Notes under the pieces: model-generated
The model's database searches: none
What the model saw: only the letters and a program-made list of their open reading frames with translations
Told to the model about the DNA's origin: nothing
Shown here: positions 1 through 9,565 of the stretch, in pieces
How positions within the stretch are numbered: position 1 is the stretch's first letter
Layout of the letters: each line of letters begins with the position of its first letter
Position numbers and translations under genes: made by a program
IMG/VR virus record: IMGVR_UViG_3300019703_000001
Coordinates: 21,079-85,078 of that record
Length of the DNA: 64,000 nucleotides
Source: a virus
Taxonomy: Duplodnaviria; Caudoviricetes
Direction: 5' to 3' (one strand)

Positions 1-373
1 TGTCTGTGGCTACTTGTGACACGTCGTCTTTGTCTTCTGCTGTTTGTATCTGAGCTTCTATTATATCAACCCGTGCGCTTCCGGTTGCAGCGTCAATTGT
101 GATTGTTGTATCTAATGTATTTATTATAGGGGTAATGTCTCCGGATTCCTGTATCCTTTGTTCTCCTGTTCCTGCGGTCACCGTGACTGTCATTCCTGAA
201 TTCTCATAAACTCTTAACCCGGAGGTTATGAGAGCCTTTCCCTGATCAAACATTTGTATTTTATCATTTACGCCTATGTCCCGGACAGATATATCACCGA
301 TTCGTTTGAAGACTTCTATAGAGTCCCCAAGTTGTCCTTTTTGGCCGTTTACTGTTCTTAAATCTCTTGTCAT
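1..373 (-). CDS. Putative baseplate/tail-fibre protein, N-terminal part (runs off the window edge)
   Basis: Not in the ORF track. ATG at 373 with AAGGTG upstream; open frame MTRDLRTVNGQKGQLGDSIEVFK... to the window edge; directly follows the baseplate genes. Confidence 0.6.
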   Translation of the reverse strand, partial: MTRDLRTVNGQKGQLGDSIEVFKRIGDISVRDIGVNDKIQMFDQGKALITSGLRVYENSGMTVTVTAGTGEQRIQESGDITPIINTLDTTITIDAATGSARVDIIEAQIQTAEDKDDVSQVATD

Positions 374-391
374 TTTTTATCACCTTTTTTT

Positions 392-3300
392 TTAAGTCGT
401 TGCTATGGTTAAAAGATATTCAATTCCGTCCGCTACAGTTCTGTCAAGAATGTTTCTGACAGTTGTTAGTTGACTGGATGGTGTGTCATAAAGTATTACC
501 CTTATTGTAAATAATGGGGATGAGGTTTCTTCCATTATTGCCGGTAAAACAAAAATAATTTCCCCGCCGCCCACATCAACCTCATCTTGTAGTGGAATAT
601 CCATATAAGAATAATCCATGAAAAAAGCTTCGAGTTGCGGTCTTTCCACTTCCGGTTCCTGACTGCTGTACGGCCTCATTGAATATATAATGGCTGCTCT
701 TGATAGTTTAGGGTTTAAAACAATAGCCTGCGTCCGGAAAACCCAGTCTGCCTCCGTTTCCCCCTCAAGCTTAAAACTGCCAAAAAAATTTTCCAGCTGA
801 TATTTGAGAAGATCTCCGCTTGCCGTTGAAATAGACAATTGTTTTAATAACTCCAAACCCATATTTTTTAGCCACTCTTGTTGACTCGCAAGTGCCCCGA
901 TTTCAAGATCCCACGGTTTGAAAAACTCTGGGTTTTTCTCTCCTGTGCTTATCGCCGTAACTGCCCCACCTGCTAAAAATAGACTGCCACTTGATGTTAT
1001 TTCTTCAACTAAATTATCTGAAAATTTACCGGTTCTTTGTTCCCAAGTTTTGCCGTCGAAACTTATTGCTGTTTTTCCATTGCCTCCCCCTGCAATGAAT
1101 GTATTTAATCCAAAATGAACCGATTCAATCCCGCTTGTACCAAAATTATTATCTTGCAATTGCCACCTAGTGCCATCTGGACTTGTTGCTATTTTACTTT
1201 CCAGTATGACTGGTAAAAAAGCAACTATTTCATAGGTATATCCAACAAGGACAAATATATCAAAACCGAAAGTTATAGCCCTGAAAATTTTAAGATTAGT
1301 TCCTTCTTCAAAATCAATGTTTTGTTGAGTCCACGTTGAGAGATCCAAGCTAATAAATATTTCTTGCCCAGCTCTTACCATATAAGTTTTATTTCCATAA
1401 ACAATTTCAGATATAGACGCCGCTCCTGAGATTGTCTGTTGTGTCCAATTTACACCATCAACACTTATTGCCAGCTTCCCAGCTGTAGATCCTGCAAAAA
1501 AAATGCCGTTTTCATATCCTAGTATTGTTATTGTTGAAAGCTTGAACCCGGCATCTCGTGAAGTCCAATTTATTCTGTCAGGGCTTGTCACAACACGTCC
1601 ATTATTGCCTCCCACAATGTATAAATTATTTCCAAAATTTAAGGCGGAAATTGATTGAGCTTCAAATTGTGAGACACGGACCTGCCAAAAGCTCGTATCA
1701 CTCGCCGGAGCCTGCGTCAAAATGCCATTTTCCCCAGTTAAAATATATTTTTGACCGCCCGAAGCATAATAAAAAATGCTTTCTATGTTTTTAAGAACAA
1801 AATTTGAATCCCTGTCCGTCCACGTTATCAAGTCATTGCTTTCAGACAATTTCCCCTCATCGCCTGCGATTACATACGCAAAACCATAAGTCACAGTGTT
1901 AATATTTGTTGTTCCAAAAGTTGTTGTCTGCTGTGTCCATGTTATACCGTCGGGGCTTGTGGCTAACTTGCCAGAATTCCCGACGGCTACAAACTGAGCA
2001 TCTGTGGGCTGATAAATTACAGCGTTAATATTATCAACCCCAAAACTTGAAGTTCGGGCGGTCCATGTTGCTCCGTCCGGGCTTGTTGAAAGTTTGCCAT
2101 TGTTTCCAACTGCTACAAAAATACTATTCCCGAAGGTTATTCCATTTATATTATCAGTTCCGAATTGAGGATCCTGTAATGTCCAGTCGTCACCCAGTCC
2201 CGAAGTGGTGGCCAATAGACCCCCTTGTCCTCCGATTATTATTGTTAAAACTAAAGAAACGTAGCTTGACCCTATTGCTAAAATTGAGTTAACCCCGAAT
2301 GGTGTTGCTTTTGAGGTCCATGTAATGCCGTCTGAGCTTGAAGCAAATTTGCCGTCTGCCCCGGCTATTAGTGTGTCAACTATCTGTTGTGTTTCAGAGC
2401 AAAAAATGCCTGAAACACCAAATCCCGGATCTCTGGAAGTCCAAGTCAAGCCGTCTGTACTTGTAGCGAGCCTGCCGTCTGCCCCTGCGATAATTGCCGT
2501 GTTTCCAAGCGTCACGGATCCAGTATATATGGTTTCTCCCGGACCAAGCGGCTGAATCGAATCACTCCAATTGATACCGTCGGGGCTATATTTTAAATCT
2601 CTCCCATTGGTAATCAAAAATAAGTTGTCTCTATCGCTATATGCAACATTAGCTACTTTTTTACCAAGCGGGGATCTGGTTAATCTAAAAACCCAGTTAA
2701 CAAGATCTTCTGTTATTGATATTGGCTCGCCCCGTCCGGATGTTACATAGAGGCCCTCTCCCACGGCGAGCCCTGTGACAATCGTTGAAGGCGAATGATT
2801 ATTATTTATTTGTGTCCAAGTAATCCCGTCGGGACTTGTTGCGACTTGACCTCCTGCCCCGGTTGCGATAAAGGTATTGTTTATAAACTTGACTGAATAA
2901 ATGTCACTTGTACCAAAACTTGAAGTTCGACCGGTCCAATTTACTGTGTCCGGGCTTGTTGAAAGGCTTCCATTGTCTCCGACTGTGACATAAAGTCCAT
3001 TGCCAAAAGTTATATCCCGGACCCAGTCTGACCCGCCAAAACCATCCATAGATTGATAAGCGGTCCAGTTTATTCCATCGGGACTTGTGGAAATATCCCC
3101 GTTGTTATTACCTATCAAAAAAAGGCCATTTTCAAAAGAAGCAGAATAAATGCTCGTTTCATTCGGGGCCGTTCTTGCCGTCCAGTTAACCCCATCTGGA
3201 CTTGTTGCAATGTTGCCAAGTCTTGCTGTTAGCACATAAACTCCATTTCCATATGCTATAGCATGGGATGTTCGACCGAATACAGCAAAGCCGGGAGGCA

Positions 3301-3709
3301 AATTAAGAGTTTGGCGCGTCCAAGTAATCCCGTCGGGACTTGTGGCAAGTTCGGCAGCCAAAAACCAACCACAAGCTAAAAATTGACCTCCCCCAAAAAT
3401 TACACGTTCAAAAGTAGTGCTGAAAGGGACTCCAAAGGGATCAGGGGGGCTGTAAACATCAATATATGTCCAATCGATCCCGTCAGGGCTAACTAAAATC
3501 TGAGCCGTTTCTCCGACCATTACAAAGTTGCCATTACCGTAGGCGACATCCTGAAAATTACCGCTCTCAAATCCCGTGAAAACATTTTCCCACGTCAAGG
3601 GCGGATCCGGTTCAAATCCGGATTCATCAGCAATAACAGATTTATATATTTCATTATCTTTATTTAATACAACTTGAAGATTATTATTGATTCTATCAGG
3701 TATTGACAT
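392..3709 (-). CDS. Baseplate wedge (gpI-like) protein with an internal array of Asp-box/BNR beta-propeller repeats
   Basis: Many S-P-D-G-x-x-W-T repeats over about residues 40-920. The non-repeat C-terminal ~175 aa (QLENFFG...ETEADW...LSRAAI...LDRTVADGIEY) resembles tail protein I. Directly downstream of baseplate J. Confidence 0.7.
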   Translation of the reverse strand: MSIPDRINNNLQVVLNKDNEIYKSVIADESGFEPDPPLTWENVFTGFESGNFQDVAYGNGNFVMVGETAQILVSPDGIDWTYIDVYSPPDPFGVPFSTTFERVIFGGGQFLACGWFLAAELATSPDGITWTRQTLNLPPGFAVFGRTSHAIAYGNGVYVLTARLGNIATSPDGVNWTARTAPNETSIYSASFENGLFLIGNNNGDISTSPDGINWTAYQSMDGFGGSDWVRDITFGNGLYVTVGDNGSLSTSPDTVNWTGRTSSFGTSDIYSVKFINNTFIATGAGGQVATSPDGITWTQINNNHSPSTIVTGLAVGEGLYVTSGRGEPISITEDLVNWVFRLTRSPLGKKVANVAYSDRDNLFLITNGRDLKYSPDGINWSDSIQPLGPGETIYTGSVTLGNTAIIAGADGRLATSTDGLTWTSRDPGFGVSGIFCSETQQIVDTLIAGADGKFASSSDGITWTSKATPFGVNSILAIGSSYVSLVLTIIIGGQGGLLATTSGLGDDWTLQDPQFGTDNINGITFGNSIFVAVGNNGKLSTSPDGATWTARTSSFGVDNINAVIYQPTDAQFVAVGNSGKLATSPDGITWTQQTTTFGTTNINTVTYGFAYVIAGDEGKLSESNDLITWTDRDSNFVLKNIESIFYYASGGQKYILTGENGILTQAPASDTSFWQVRVSQFEAQSISALNFGNNLYIVGGNNGRVVTSPDRINWTSRDAGFKLSTITILGYENGIFFAGSTAGKLAISVDGVNWTQQTISGAASISEIVYGNKTYMVRAGQEIFISLDLSTWTQQNIDFEEGTNLKIFRAITFGFDIFVLVGYTYEIVAFLPVILESKIATSPDGTRWQLQDNNFGTSGIESVHFGLNTFIAGGGNGKTAISFDGKTWEQRTGKFSDNLVEEITSSGSLFLAGGAVTAISTGEKNPEFFKPWDLEIGALASQQEWLKNMGLELLKQLSISTASGDLLKYQLENFFGSFKLEGETEADWVFRTQAIVLNPKLSRAAIIYSMRPYSSQEPEVERPQLEAFFMDYSYMDIPLQDEVDVGGGEIIFVLPAIMEETSSPLFTIRVILYDTPSSQLTTVRNILDRTVADGIEYLLTIATT

Positions 3710-3721
3710 TTTTTTTAATCC

Positions 3722-5137
3722 TTAAATACTTGTTGCTATTGATGCAGTCACGGAAACCGTGCCCCCGGTTCCAACTCCGGTTTGAGCTCGCTCCGATCCG
3801 GCAATAGAAATTGTATCAGAAGGGGTGTTTACTGTAATATCGTACACCGCAGCATTACTGTTTTTTGATACTCGTATTATTTCAGAGACCAAAACATCAG
3901 CCCCTATTTTCTGAGTATTTATATATTGTTCAATTGCAGATTGAACATCAATTTTTATCTCATCAAGATCAACGTCAATTGTTGGGAGTCGAGTAATAGC
4001 AACACCTATGTTGACATCAATTAATGTCGGTACAGTAATTGGATAATCCATGCCGTAAGCTTCTTTTCCGGGATAATTAACAATGTCGTCAGGGTCACCC
4101 TCAAGAATTTTTTCTATTTCGGCTTGTAATTCAGCACTTAAAAAACCTGTACCGTCATCGACTAAAATAGTATTGGTCCCTTTTGTGGGAGTGGCAGGAA
4201 GTAGATCGGCTGATCTGACATCAGGAATGGCCTTTATTGCGGATATAATGCCCAACCTTGTCCCGGCGTTTAAACCGTTTATGGTTTCAACAAATCTTTG
4301 AGCTCTCTCAATTTCAGTTTCTTCCAGTCTTCCGCCCGAAAAAGACGAATCGTTTATGGCATATGATATGCCTTCGATGACTGAATTAATATAACCCTTT
4401 CCTTCAAAAGTGTCAATTGCATTCACTTTTAAATTCCCGTCCAACCCCGGAAGCACTACCCGTGCCGCACACTGTACTCCTGTTTCTCCGGCAAGGAGTG
4501 TATTTTCAGAGGTTGTTAAAACTTCTATGTCATCGATGGTAACCGAATACCCTTCGGGGATAATTATTTCTGTATCACTTGTTAAGGCAATATCCAAACC
4601 ATCTTGATATTTATAATTTTTTGATCCAATTATTTCTTTTGATGTATACTGAAATATTTCAACTGTACTCGCATTATTTATAACCGCAGCGGTCCAATTA
4701 GTCAAAGTGTTAATCGCTTCAACTAAATTATTTGTTGTAGGATATGAAGTATAATCAAAACTGAAATTGTCAGAAACCGCCCCGGTAACAGAGGCCGAAA
4801 AAGTCGAAGCATCGCTATTAATTACAGCACTTGTCCCGGCTCCGGTATAATTTACAGTCATAACCGGCAATCTGTAAGGACGAATAAAACCAATCGCAGA
4901 GGCAGCCGGTTTTTTTGAAAAACCAAGCCCTTCATACAGTGCCGTAGGGATTGCTTTAACCAAACCCTCCTTGAAGTCCATTGCGATACTGGAAACAATT
5001 TCAGAATTGGAGTCAATTATAGATTGCGTTTTGCTTCCTTCATTGAAATCTGTCAATCCAACGTTATCAGAAATTATTTTATTTCTGTAAAAATTTGAAA
5101 GTTGTTCTGCTGTGTAATTTTTTATTATATCAGGCAT
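3722..5137 (-). CDS. Baseplate J-like wedge protein
   Basis: ITDFNEGS-type N-terminus, GGRLEETE..RA.RF, GT..GI...I, and GADVLVSEII motifs typical of gpJ; position in the baseplate module. Confidence 0.9.
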   Translation of the reverse strand: MPDIIKNYTAEQLSNFYRNKIISDNVGLTDFNEGSKTQSIIDSNSEIVSSIAMDFKEGLVKAIPTALYEGLGFSKKPAASAIGFIRPYRLPVMTVNYTGAGTSAVINSDASTFSASVTGAVSDNFSFDYTSYPTTNNLVEAINTLTNWTAAVINNASTVEIFQYTSKEIIGSKNYKYQDGLDIALTSDTEIIIPEGYSVTIDDIEVLTTSENTLLAGETGVQCAARVVLPGLDGNLKVNAIDTFEGKGYINSVIEGISYAINDSSFSGGRLEETEIERAQRFVETINGLNAGTRLGIISAIKAIPDVRSADLLPATPTKGTNTILVDDGTGFLSAELQAEIEKILEGDPDDIVNYPGKEAYGMDYPITVPTLIDVNIGVAITRLPTIDVDLDEIKIDVQSAIEQYINTQKIGADVLVSEIIRVSKNSNAAVYDITVNTPSDTISIAGSERAQTGVGTGGTVSVTASIATSI

Positions 5138-6911
5138 TTGTTGTTACCTCTCGTGTTTCGTCTGTTCCAATAAAAGATATATCTGCCGATAATGACAGCA
5201 CTTCCCCGCTCCAATTAATTTCATCTGTTTTTAGATCCACGGATTCTACTCTCGGTTCGGATTGTATTTGATATATAAAATCATTTATATACTTATTTAT
5301 ATTAACCAATACAGGGGCGTTTGAATTGTTTAACGGTGATACTCCAAAGTTTGGCCGCAATACGTTCAAAGTTCCTTTTTCATTTTGTATTCTGTTTTCT
5401 ACATTTTGAAAGGCATTTTCTAAACCAGTTTGGCCCCTAAGATCCCCTGTTGTAGACAGGAGTAAGTTTTTATTTTCATCAACTGCTAAGTCTGTCCCAT
5501 ATAAAAATTTTATCGGGTCTGTTGTCTCAGCTTCAAAAACAAAGTTGTCAGCCCCCCGGCTTAAAGTTTCAAGAGTGGCGGGAATTTTTATATTTTGACC
5601 TATTAAATTTCCATCTGTGAAATCATTATCAGAAATATTGTTTATTCTTAAAATATCAATAAATTTTTCGCTGTCTTGCAATGTTTTTTGTGCCACACTT
5701 CGGGCCGTGTCACCATCGACAACGGTATAATAAGTGAAAAATGTATTATTTTCAACTCGATTACTATCATCTTCAAACTGCTCTGTTGTCAGTCTGTAGT
5801 CATCTGCATTTTGATAATATTGAGTCTCTCCCTGATTTATGCTTGATCTCAAAATACCATTGAGCCCCTGAGCCTGTAGTTTGACTTTTTGCAGCGCATT
5901 ATAAAAAAACAAAAGATCGAACGATAAAATTTCATCAAGTGTCAAATCTCCGGACTGATAAGAATTGACTTGAAATTCAGTTAAAAAGGTTTGGACTAAA
6001 GAATCAAGAGCGGAGTTTGTTGATGTCAGCAATGTTTGTGTCAAGTCCACAATCGGGCCTGTGAACGTAGTTTGACCTGACTGAATGCTCGTGCTTTCTT
6101 CATTTATTTCATCTATGGTGTCCGATATGGCTAAACACTGAGATAAGAAATCGGTATTTGACGAAATTTCTCCCTGAACACTGTCCAATCTATCTGAGAA
6201 ATTTATTTCCTGTAATTGTGTGTTTGTTAGATCAAGGCGTTCATTAGTTGTTTTTTTAATTTCAGGGCTTGTTAATTTTTGTCTGAGGTCCGGCTCATAG
6301 CATTCAAGTTCTATGCTGTAGTCTATCGCATAAAGTTTTGAATCCGTTTGTGTTGCGCTGAGGTTGGCAACTCTGCAATAAAAATGATCTTCCATGTCGT
6401 AGTCATGGAAAATAACCTTTATTTCATCATACAAGGCCCCTGTTTTTTCCTTAACAAGTTTAGATACTTTTTTGTATAGTGTTTTTATTTGAGAGCTTAA
6501 TCCTGTCAAACTTGAAGGGATTGACACCTCAGCATTACGTGTCATTGTGTAGTCCCTGTATCTTACAAGCATCCATCTAAGGGCTAAAAACCCGTTTAAA
6601 CCGTCAATTGTATTTTCAAAGTTTTCAGGGTTCGGGGCTACCGGATTATCGGGACTTTCTTCCTTTATAAACCACAATTCACCGGATAGGGTAAAAGGCT
6701 TAATTGAGTTTCCGGCATCTAATAAAAAATTGCTCCCGGCTGTTGCGGTAATGCTTGAGCGTGTACCTTCGGTGTTATTCTTGCTTTTCGGGGGAGCAAA
6801 AAGGAATATTTCCGTTATGGTTTCCCTGTCTTTGTCTACAAATTCAAAGGAGTATAGACCGGAAAACTCAAAAGTTCCATAAATTTGTTTAAATAATGTA
6901 GGCAGATTCAT
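5130..6911 (-). CDS. Fused tail-tube initiator-like / LysM / gp25-like baseplate protein
   Basis: LysM-like YTVVDGDTARSVAQK...ILRINNI...GQNIKIP. The C-terminal GTDL...GLENAFQ...PNFG...EPRVESV is gp25/gpW-like. Confidence 0.75.
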   Translation of the reverse strand: MNLPTLFKQIYGTFEFSGLYSFEFVDKDRETITEIFLFAPPKSKNNTEGTRSSITATAGSNFLLDAGNSIKPFTLSGELWFIKEESPDNPVAPNPENFENTIDGLNGFLALRWMLVRYRDYTMTRNAEVSIPSSLTGLSSQIKTLYKKVSKLVKEKTGALYDEIKVIFHDYDMEDHFYCRVANLSATQTDSKLYAIDYSIELECYEPDLRQKLTSPEIKKTTNERLDLTNTQLQEINFSDRLDSVQGEISSNTDFLSQCLAISDTIDEINEESTSIQSGQTTFTGPIVDLTQTLLTSTNSALDSLVQTFLTEFQVNSYQSGDLTLDEILSFDLLFFYNALQKVKLQAQGLNGILRSSINQGETQYYQNADDYRLTTEQFEDDSNRVENNTFFTYYTVVDGDTARSVAQKTLQDSEKFIDILRINNISDNDFTDGNLIGQNIKIPATLETLSRGADNFVFEAETTDPIKFLYGTDLAVDENKNLLLSTTGDLRGQTGLENAFQNVENRIQNEKGTLNVLRPNFGVSPLNNSNAPVLVNINKYINDFIYQIQSEPRVESVDLKTDEINWSGEVLSLSADISFIGTDETREVTTNA

Positions 6912-6964
6912 TTATTATTTGCTCCTCATCATATTGAAAAAGACTGTTCTATTTTTGTCAAGTT

Positions 6965-7810
6965 TTAAAATAAAACAGTCGGATTTTGTGCCGATGTCAT
7001 GTCCGCAATTGATGGAATCGCCGTTGAAACTGTGGGGGATATTATTCCAGGCACTGCGCTTGCTCCCACGGTAGCCGTTGTAATATGAATATGTGTATTA
7101 TATGCAGTTACCAAATTATTCAAATCAGTCCTGAGCGTGTCAAATGCGGTCTTCATTGCTGTATATTTAATTGCAAAGTCTGTACTCCCGTTTAACTGTA
7201 TGTTTGTAGTTCCGGTTATTTTGACAACCGTGCTTTCAATTTCCGCTGCTGCAATAGATTTTAATGAAATCCGAGTGCTGCTTTCCATTTCTAAATCCGT
7301 AATGGATTTAATGGTTACACTTCCCGGCAATTTGGTTGAAGGGGCGACACCGGTATTAAGGCTTATATATGAGCCTGAAAAATGGCCCATTAAGACATCA
7401 GTAGAATGAAATAAATTTTTAGTCAGCGGAGTTGTAAATTTTTCTTCAAAAAGAGTATTGCCCCGGCCCTGATAAGGATACCGGTTTACGACAAAAGGAG
7501 TGCTCTGGTTACCATTTTCAAATCCAACAACCACCTGTTGACCGGGTATAGGCCCCTCATAGGCCCCGTGTAAATTGCCTGAAACAGGATCAAAAAACGC
7601 CCCTGGATAGGCCACACTTGTTATTGATCCACCTCTTGACGGCTTGACAGTAACCATGTTTTGACGAAAAAGGGGCTCAGGCTGAGTTAGGGATATTTCA
7701 CCACTAATCATTTGTAAAGAATCATAAGAACCGCTTCTGAATTTATTATTATCAGCATTTCGGGTGTGGGTATCCATACCCCTGTTTTTATTGTATTTTC
7801 GTTGTCTCAT
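6965..7810 (-). CDS. Baseplate spike (gpV/gp45-like)
   Basis: OB-fold-like P.PGQQVVVGFENG, beta-repeat middle, and C-terminal YNTHIH metal-binding tip motif. Confidence 0.8.
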   Translation of the reverse strand: MRQRKYNKNRGMDTHTRNADNNKFRSGSYDSLQMISGEISLTQPEPLFRQNMVTVKPSRGGSITSVAYPGAFFDPVSGNLHGAYEGPIPGQQVVVGFENGNQSTPFVVNRYPYQGRGNTLFEEKFTTPLTKNLFHSTDVLMGHFSGSYISLNTGVAPSTKLPGSVTIKSITDLEMESSTRISLKSIAAAEIESTVVKITGTTNIQLNGSTDFAIKYTAMKTAFDTLRTDLNNLVTAYNTHIHITTATVGASAVPGIISPTVSTAIPSIADMTSAQNPTVLF

Positions 7811-9564
7811 ATTAAGCTTATTGCATCCCTTGCAGCCTTTAAAATTTTATATTCACCGTCTGCCAATCCGGACTCAGGAGGCAATATTTCAAAGTCAAAT
7901 AGTAAAAGGGCCGATTGTGCCAAAGTCGCCGGTAATGGCACACCTCGAATCAAATTTAATGTTGTTGTTGCCGTAACCGCTTTATCCTCAATACTTCGGT
8001 CCTGAGATAACGAGTCAATATAATAAATTCCTATGTCTCTTAGGTTTTCAACTTTTTTCCCGGATAGTGACGGTAAATATAAACAGTACATCCCCGGACG
8101 TGCCCACGGTTTTTGTTTAGCAAGGACCACCGTTCCCTCCCGGAACCGGGATTGATTGCGGAACCATACAGCAAGTAAATTACTTAATGCATTTTTAGCC
8201 ATTATTTGTGTAGGCAGTCCAAGTTTATTTTTTGCAATTCTTTCGGAGTAACTTAAAGCCGTTCCAAGACCTGTTAGACTCGTGCAGTCAATTGACTGAA
8301 ACATTTCTCTGATTCCAAAAGTGCCGATCCCCCCGCTTGCAAAGGGGTTAAGAGGCCCTACACTCTTAATGCCCTTGTCGGTTAAATCCTGCGCCCCTGA
8401 CATTCCCTTACTTGCATAACGGGTATGGAACACGGTTGACTGGTTGCTTGAGTCATATCCTAACTGCTTATCGGATATATCATCGTCGGTAATTATAACA
8501 AAATCCCCGCCTAAAAGCATTTGTATTGCGGTCAAATCAAAGGCCAGAATTGACGGCAGATGAACAGGATTGACAGTCCCTATCAAAGGGTTTGAGTAAG
8601 GGACTGATCGGGCTATGAGGTAATTAAACCCCGGCAACATTACAGTAGGGGCTCCGATTGCTTCCGTTACAATTGTCCGGCCTCCGGACTCGGTGTACAT
8701 TTCCATCCAAGGATTAGGAATTAAATTTTTTAAAAAGTCCCAAAACGAGTCACCGCCTGAGAGTTGAAACATGCTTGAATCAAAAATCATATTTCGGGCA
8801 TAGGAAAGGCTAGCAATTCCGCCCAAAGGGTTTGGGGCGGTTATAAGTCTTAAAAAAAGCGGGAATCCATCTGATAATGTCATCCTTTGAGCTAAGGTTG
8901 TGACCTTGAATGCTTCAATAAGCATTTGGATTCCTGTGGCAACTGACACACCTTTTATTTGTGATACAAGGTCAAAGGCTGTCTTTATCGCATCAGCAAT
9001 TTGTTTTTGCATCCCATCAGCGACAATTGTGTCTAAAGATAAAATGTTTTGTGTATAAATACTGCCAAGCTCATCAATCACAATATCATAACTGACCATT
9101 TTACTTTTGTCATCGACTGACATCCCCCGCTTGCATGATCTCACGGTCCCAGTCATGACATGGTACCCGTCAATCCATAATTGACAAAGTGTCATAGGTT
9201 TGAAAAGGTCTTCCAAGTCTACGCCTAAAGATCCCCAAATTTTACTATATAAATTACCCGTAAACCGGTCTATTATTTTGACAATATCTTTTATTACTGT
9301 TGCATCGGGGGTAATACTTACAGACAAAAAACCGCCGGGGTTGTTGCGGTCTTTTGTCCATGTCATATCTGTTATAATATCCCCTACATCAGATCCTAAA
9401 ACCTCTATGGGGACAAAGGGCAGACCGAAGGGGGAAAATAATAATTGAACAGTGTTTGTTTTCTCTGTTGTAGGCTCTGCATAGTCAATAGAGGATTCCA
9501 CGCCTGCGTTATATACTATCTTTTTTTTGTATCTTAATGTGTCTAGTGAGATTAAAGATTCCAT
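7807..9564 (-). CDS. Baseplate hub / tail protein (gp27/gpD-like)
   Basis: Lies between tape measure and spike; C-terminal G........WARPG.Y...YYIDSLSQ...TTLNLIRG resembles hub proteins. Confidence 0.7.
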   Translation of the reverse strand: MESLISLDTLRYKKKIVYNAGVESSIDYAEPTTEKTNTVQLLFSPFGLPFVPIEVLGSDVGDIITDMTWTKDRNNPGGFLSVSITPDATVIKDIVKIIDRFTGNLYSKIWGSLGVDLEDLFKPMTLCQLWIDGYHVMTGTVRSCKRGMSVDDKSKMVSYDIVIDELGSIYTQNILSLDTIVADGMQKQIADAIKTAFDLVSQIKGVSVATGIQMLIEAFKVTTLAQRMTLSDGFPLFLRLITAPNPLGGIASLSYARNMIFDSSMFQLSGGDSFWDFLKNLIPNPWMEMYTESGGRTIVTEAIGAPTVMLPGFNYLIARSVPYSNPLIGTVNPVHLPSILAFDLTAIQMLLGGDFVIITDDDISDKQLGYDSSNQSTVFHTRYASKGMSGAQDLTDKGIKSVGPLNPFASGGIGTFGIREMFQSIDCTSLTGLGTALSYSERIAKNKLGLPTQIMAKNALSNLLAVWFRNQSRFREGTVVLAKQKPWARPGMYCLYLPSLSGKKVENLRDIGIYYIDSLSQDRSIEDKAVTATTTLNLIRGVPLPATLAQSALLLFDFEILPPESGLADGEYKILKAARDAISLI

Positions 9565-9565
9565 A

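Noticed and set aside
392-3709. Repeat-rich tail gene as a diversity-generating retroelement target
   Set aside because: No reverse transcriptase and no TR/VR pair with adenine-specific differences in the window. The repeats are ordinary Asp-box units.
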